This document shows positions 57,766-64,000 of a DNA stretch of 64,000 nucleotides, piece after piece. The stretch is from Takakia lepidozioides. Its lineage: Eukaryota > Plantae > Bryophyta. The stretch is taken from NCBI GenBank assembly GCA_030704615.1, contig CM060734.1:57350001-57414000 (forward strand), in the 5' to 3' direction. The stretch's first letter is position 1, and every line of letters begins with the position of its first letter. The position numbers were made by a program, and so were the translations under genes. The notes under the pieces were generated by a model. The model was not told the DNA's origin. It was given only the letters and a program-made list of their open reading frames with translations, and did not search any database.

Positions 57766-60700
57766 ATTGTCCTTGAGCTTGTGTCATGACTTGACCGACC
57801 ATCAACCCAAAAGGACCTCTTGTGTGTGTTGCTTGTGTCTGTAGTCAGGTAATGTCGGATTGGTCTGTGAGATCGAACCACCACGGTGCAGCTGAGTAGG
57901 CAGAGATTGAAACACGGCCTGCTAAGACCAAGCTAACTCTCCCAAGAACGGCGAGCTCGCAAGAATGTTGCGAGCTTCTCCTCGTCTCATCTCCTCCTCT
58001 TCTCCTCCTTCCTGCATCATTTGCTCAACACCTCCATCCCACGCCCCTGCATATCCTGCGATCATCGCGTTCCATCCCTCGGCTACATGATGTGGCGCAG
58101 GAGACAAAAAAACTGCCAAGTCCCAGCCCTCCTTTGTGTTCACGATTACCCTAATGGGCAACCTTATTAGCAATTTTTTAACTTTTTAAATCCTAATGGG
58201 CAACTTATTAGCAACTTTTTGACTTTTTAACCTTTTGCACTTTGATTCATTCTAGGTCAAAGGCTAAAATCCTGCTACCAGACTTGTCTAGAAAACCAAA
58301 ACACCACGTAAACAAACATTTGATAGTGGTAGTAAAATATATTACCATTGGGGTGGTTTGAACACTTGCTAGTAAAAACTTTCACTTTGAGTTATTGAAA
58401 TTGAAATATACATTATAAATTATATTTTCATAATTACAGCTGTCAATGTTTGACTTAGGGGTGGTAGAATAAAGGACTCCGTAATGAAACTTTTGATAGT
58501 TGTAGTGAATTGTTCTATTAATATCAGCACATTTCACTACGTGGTGCTAGAAATAGTGAAAAGTGGCAAATAGTGAAATTCATAGTAAATTACCGACGGT
58601 GCTGAAAACCGTAGTGTGTTGTAGTGCCTCGTTGTGTCTATCATTGCCCCTTCCTGCATGCTCAAGAATAGGTTTGCAAAGTCTCTATCCCACGTCCCTG
58701 CATATCCTGCGATCGTTGCGTTCCATGCTCTAGGCTTGTGGATACTAAGAAAACATATGGTGTGGCGGGAGACAAAAAAAACCCAAAAGGAGGCCAAGTC
58801 CTAGCCCTCTGTTCACGGCTGGCACCCTAATGGGCAACCCTATAAGCAACTTTTTGAAAAAATTTAACCTTTTGCTCTTTGATCATTGGTGAATGAATTT
58901 ATCCAATGGATGAATACATTCGTGTATGTGCCTTCAAAATGACACGTGTAGTGATGCAGTCGTATAATTAGAGCTCTGAAACCATATTCAGTCATGAAGT
59001 CATACGATTCTAGGAAAATTCATCCACGTGTAGTCCTCCATATGACGCGAGTCATATAAACCATCCCTGTCATCATGGTCAACAATGTTTGACCAATGCT
59101 CCCTACCTTTCCGGAGTCATGTAGTGATATCCATTACTACAGAGTGATAAAACTATGACTGCAACGCATTTCAGCGTTCTGTAGTTGTGTACCTAATGCC
59201 GTTTTTATGACTCCGCAAAAGCCGTAGTCCTAAAAACACTCATCTCTTGTAGTGATTCATTTCAGTGCTGATTTCAAATAATCCCAAGAATGACTCAAAA
59301 TCCTCCCATAAGTTGTACTCAGGGTATTGTTGCCTATGCATTCACTCCCCATGATCAGTTTTCCGCGGAGCGGTATCCAGAACTTCAGTTTGTTTCAGCA
59401 ACATCTTCATAAGCGGGGGCAATTTGAAATCACCCCCATGGCTTCACACAGCTCGTCCAAATCAAATGTGGGTTGAGGCACAGTCGCCGGATCCTTGTGA
59501 TCTCCGGACGACTTTCCCCTTTCCGTATTATTTCTTTCATTAGTTGCTGTCTCTTCCCTCTCCTCCACTGCACGTTTTTCCAACTCACTTAGTCCCATTG
59601 TCTCTTCTGCTTCTCTCTCTAGCATAGATCTTGTAAATACAGGTATGAGAAGATGAGTACACGGCTACCTGTCCGAAGGGGCACTGAGCTTCGAATCCCA
59701 CCCAGACACACAGTGAGATGTGTTGAAGCGATGCTTGTGCAGCAGGGACACTCCTTCCCCCAAGAAAGCCCACAGTTCCTCTTCATCCTTGAGCCAAAAA
59801 GTCACATGCACGATGTTGCGTACCACCTTTTCCTTCACCAACAGCGTATGGGCAAGATATGCCTTGGTTGCTTCGGCCTTGTAGAGACCTATTGTTTCAC
59901 GCCGAAAACACACCTCCGGAAAGATCAACACATCACTGGGACAAAAAATGAATTCAGAGTCGGGAATACCAGTGATGAGCTCTTCCCAAGTGGGATCTCG
60001 GGTAGGGGCTGGCGGAACTCGAGGCCAAGTTAAATTAGCAAGCAGAATTGATGTACTTCATTTAACCAGTTCCCACAATAGTAGAGGGCTCGGCTTGTCA
60101 GGAGGCAAGAAGTTCTCAAGCTCTCCACCCAATTCTCGACTCACAGAGAATTGTGGTATGCCCAAGACAGCCCAACTAAGTTTCTCACCACTCTCCAACT
60201 GCTCCTTGGCACTAGCAAGGGGAATCTGTCTGGAATGAAGCTTGAGGAGAAGGCGCGCAGCGTAGGCTCCTTGAAGAGACTCGCGAATGCGCCGGCTCTG
60301 CTCCCTCTGCTCCGCTTTAGTGTATATGGGCTTGCAAGCTTCTTTGCGTGCAGTTTCCTCAAAGGTCTTGGCCCAGAACTCTGAGGGCGTGTCCAGCGGA
60401 AGCTCAGGCTGTGGAATAGGTTCTCCCTCCGGATAATCGACAAACACCAGCTGCTCAGGCAACAGGTTGCATGCAAGCTTACAAATGTAGCGAGATTCCA
60501 ACGCCTGGGTCTGTCTCAAGCGCGGGACCTCAAATTGATCAAGCTAAAACCAACCACACTCAGAACTGGAAGCCAAAACACAGAAGCAGACAAACTCTCT
60601 ATCTTTCTCTCTGTGCATGACATACAATGCAGGATCCCCCATACACAATCTACTGCTCTCAGGTATTTCGTACGAGCCAAATTCTCTGTTAACGATTTTT

Positions 60701-61448
60701 AGTTATCCCGCATCTCCACCATGATTCCGACGCTGTGGGTTTGTTCCCCTTCCTCTACCGGACTTAATCCTATCTGGGGAATGTAGTCGATAGATGGGCC
60801 TGGCAGAGAAGACGGAATCTCACGAAGAGGACGCAACAGAGTCGGACTTCCAAAACGCATTCATCCTCACACTCAAGCACACCGTTACACCAAGCGTACA
60901 CTCGCGTAAGACCCAAAAGCCACCACCCCCGCTGCCACAGCAGTCGAGCTTAAATAGTATTAGGTCGTAATCTAGTCTTAGTGTCGCGTGGCATTTACAT
61001 ATAGGCTAGCCAGATGCCCTTCCAGCATAGCCATAGAAAGAAGTCAGATCATCCAGATCCATCCTAATCTAATCCTAAACTAGCTGTTAGAATAAGACTC
61101 TAATAAAGTCATCAGCTGTTGCCACCTCATCCTCATGCGCAAGGTGTAAGTTTATCCAAACTTCATCCCAGCTCCGTCCATCCCTAAATCATCCGGGGCG
61201 CATCCCTCCTCCATTCATCCAAGTCGAAAAGGAAGATGAGAAGGAATCCCAGCTCCACAACCCACATGCAAATCGTCTATCAAGAGTCCTACATTATAGT
61301 GCAGGATTGGAGACGATTACGTACAACCAAAAGTTTGAGACTCTCTTGTACAACTTACTTGTGAGAGGGCATGCCAGTTATGGCACATAGGCAAAATGAA
61401 CTAATGAACGTACATCCTATTTGATGTACGTTTGGAGAATTCTTCATA

Positions 61449-61979
61449 CCGTACTTACCTAGCTTATTAGGCTATAATTCAAAATCAGGTGCCTACCTAA
61501 ATTTAGAACTTTTTTGGAAAATGTGCCTAAAACTTAGAAAAACCTCCGGAGAACTGCCCAATTGCTCAAAAATTGTGGAAAATACCAAAATGACCAAATA
61601 CGTGGGAAAAATGCCTAAATTATATTATTTAAAGTCCAAATAAATGGCAAAAATGCCTACAATTTAAATTTTCATGTCCAGGTTTAGGGTTTAGGTAGTA
61701 CCAAGCGTGTAGGTGTGTACAGCCTTCACTGCAGCCATTCTTTTATCACATATCAAACATTATGTGTTTTTTAAATAAAATAACCTCAACAATAGTTTTT
61801 GAGGGAGGTAAAAAACTATTGTTCATTATTATCCAGCCTGGTCGACTGAAATACATGCCTAATATTTGAAAATTACCTAGTGGAGGTGCCTAAATAATAA
61901 AAACGAATATGCCTAATAATATTCTATTTTTTTATTAATTATTAGGCACGGAAGTGCCTAATAAACTAGGTAAGTACGG
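61449..61979. mobile_element. Tc1/mariner-type MITE, copy B
   Basis: Same TIRs and TA flanks as 40783-41312. Confidence 0.9.
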
Positions 61980-63103
61980 TATTCTTGGCATGAGGTGCAG
62001 ATTGCCTGTTCCTGGCAAGTGGGACACTATAGTTCCTGGCTGTTGAATGTTCCATGTGGTGCAATTGGGACACTAATACACTATAGTCCTGTACCTTATT
62101 TTGGCAGCATTGATGGGCAACTTTGGCAAGGTTATGATGCTTCACGGACCCAACTTTTTGCATCCCAAGAGCTCGCAAAAAACGTGCACAATACAAATCC
62201 CTGTCAGAATATGCTAATGCTCACTTGAGCTGTGCAGGAACACTAGTGTACACGGTATAATCCGCTCACTTCCAGGATCCTTCCTGCTAACGTCACACTC
62301 ATGTTTCATGTGAGGGTATGCCTGCAGCTTATATTAGTGATGGGCTGCGGAGGAATACCTTTTTTATAATTATGCCGACAGAGCAGTTCCAGGATCCTTC
62401 ATGAATGCTAGAAATATGTTTGCCTGTTGATCCGGAGCTCAAAATCCTTGTTCAGCTGCACTACAGTCACTACCTACACGGTGGGTTCCATGTCAACTCG
62501 AATATAATGATAAGCTGTGCAGGAACACTATTTTATAATACTCTCACTTCCGAGATCCTTCCTGCAAGCTTACAAGTTACGCATACGTTTGCCGGTTGAT
62601 CTGGAGCTGAAATCCTTGATAAATCCTATATTGTGCCTTGAAGTTCTCAAATAAAAATCAGCCGTCGGGACCATTTCTAGCGTCATCATTGTCTTTGTAT
62701 CACACAATTTGTCGGTAAAAGATATACTTTTTTGGTTCGAGGCCGTTACAGTGTTTGCGGTAGTGCGCTACAGAACGCGTAAACAGAATCACCGTGTGTC
62801 CTCGCAATGGAGGCCAACGCGTTCCTGTTTCTTCGTGATTGCATATATAAGAAAGCTTTCTCCCCTTCCTCCTTCAGCTTTGAACATCTAGGCTCATCCC
62901 AAATTCTTCCACATCGCTGCATTTGTAGCTGCACACACTTGTGCACTCGAAGTTGATCTACAAGGCATTCCAATTGTCATCAAGCGATCTCAGTTTCCTT
63001 CTCTAAAAGTTTCGAGATCCTTTTCCTTCCAATCGTGGGGGCCACTTAATCAAGACAATTCTTGTGCTTGTGAGTGTGGGGGAGTAATCTACGTACTGAC
63101 GGT

Positions 63104-63703
63104 ATGGCTTTTCTGCGGAACATTGATGAGTTTTTCTACGGGCGCCGAAGCGAACCCGGCTGGATCGTCAATAGCTCCAGGGATGTACCCTACTACTACG
63201 AGATTCGTGAAGCCAACCCTCACACCCACCATGTCTCCCCCTACATTACCGATGCGCTGCATAACAGTCACTCTCGCCACATACTTCCGGTAGTGGAGTT
63301 GAAGGTGCCCATGTGCTGCGCCAAATGTGAAGAGAAGGTGAAGGAGGAGCTCCTGGAGCTGGAGGGGGTGTATGGAGTTGTGTGTGACCAATACACGCAG
63401 AAGGTGATTGTCTCTGGACATGTGGATCCTCTGCGTGCACTCAAGAAGGCCAAGCGAGTGAAGAAGAAATCTCAGTTGTGGCCAAGCCCTGCTTACCGCC
63501 AGTACGACGGGGAGTACAGTTCATCTGAGAGTCGGGGATACCTGCACCATGACCAGACAGAGTACAGATCCTCGCACAGCCGATACACCCCTGCATTTGG
63601 CCAATCTTACGTGCATTCGTACGGCCCATCTTACAGACAAGCCCACAGTCAGTCCATCATCACCAACCCCCATTATCTGAAGCACATTGAATCGGAGTAT
63701 TGA
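63104..63703 (+). CDS. HMA-domain protein, copy B (199 aa)
   Basis: Identical to copy A except Q>P (YGQSY vs YGPSY). Confidence 0.9.
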   Translation: MAFLRNIDEFFYGRRSEPGWIVNSSRDVPYYYEIREANPHTHHVSPYITDALHNSHSRHILPVVELKVPMCCAKCEEKVKEELLELEGVYGVVCDQYTQKVIVSGHVDPLRALKKAKRVKKKSQLWPSPAYRQYDGEYSSSESRGYLHHDQTEYRSSHSRYTPAFGQSYVHSYGPSYRQAHSQSIITNPHYLKHIESEY

Positions 63704-64000
63704 TTGTTGCGAATCTCCACCATAGCTACACCAACTGTATAGAGCTCGGTAGATTGATAGCGCGTTCTTTGCGGGTAACTTGGATGCTTCACATTGGGGG
63801 CCGCCTTGAAAGTAATGAAGATTTTGATAGAAATAGGAGAAAGCGAAGGCAATGTGTTGGGGTGACCCGTCATGTTGGCTCGTAATGTGAATGAAGCGAG
63901 GATTGGCTCTTTCCCGTGTCAGAACACTCTGCAAATTTTCTGGGTTTCAAAGGTTCAAATCTCTCAGTTCAGGCTTTATGTACAAACATTCTGCTTTGTA

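Larger units (their letters stand above)
55170..64000. repeat. Segmental duplication copy B; runs past the window end
   Basis: Collinear with 34906-43333. Retains ~470 nt (about 58030-58499) missing in copy A and has small deletions near 60575 and 60627. Confidence 0.97.

Overview
Eukaryotic nuclear DNA from a non-seed land plant, most likely a bryophyte. This is inferred from a PG-type PPR-DYW gene, a CCxxC HMA gene, a chromovirus and GT-AG introns. The window is a rearranged, repeat-rich accessory region. It contains: (i) the 3' end of an OPT transporter; (ii) a ~3.3-kb inverted duplication carrying two intact, intronless OEX1-like organellar 5'-3' exonuclease ORFs, with the left arm interrupted by a CRE-type (RT + restriction-like endonuclease) non-LTR retrotransposon with a 9-bp TSD; (iii) between the arms, a decayed PLS-PPR-E-DYW gene whose upstream exons encode an OSB-type 'PDF' ssDNA-binding motif that can splice in frame onto the PPR array, with a second PPR locus near 33-34.7 kb that also abuts PDF motifs; (iv) many non-autonomous DNA transposons, including TTAA/CCC-ended piggyBac-like elements; (v) a recent segmental duplication of at least 8.4 kb (34.9-43.3 kb vs 55.2-64 kb) carrying an HMA gene; (vi) an apparently intact three-exon Crinkler-type NTPase + PD-(D/E)xK nuclease gene; (vii) a 5'-truncated Ty3/gypsy chromovirus with its 3' LTR. 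The best candidates for novelty are the PDF-PPR(-DYW) fusion family and the Crinkler-type gene. All family assignments come from recognising motifs by eye; no database searches were run.
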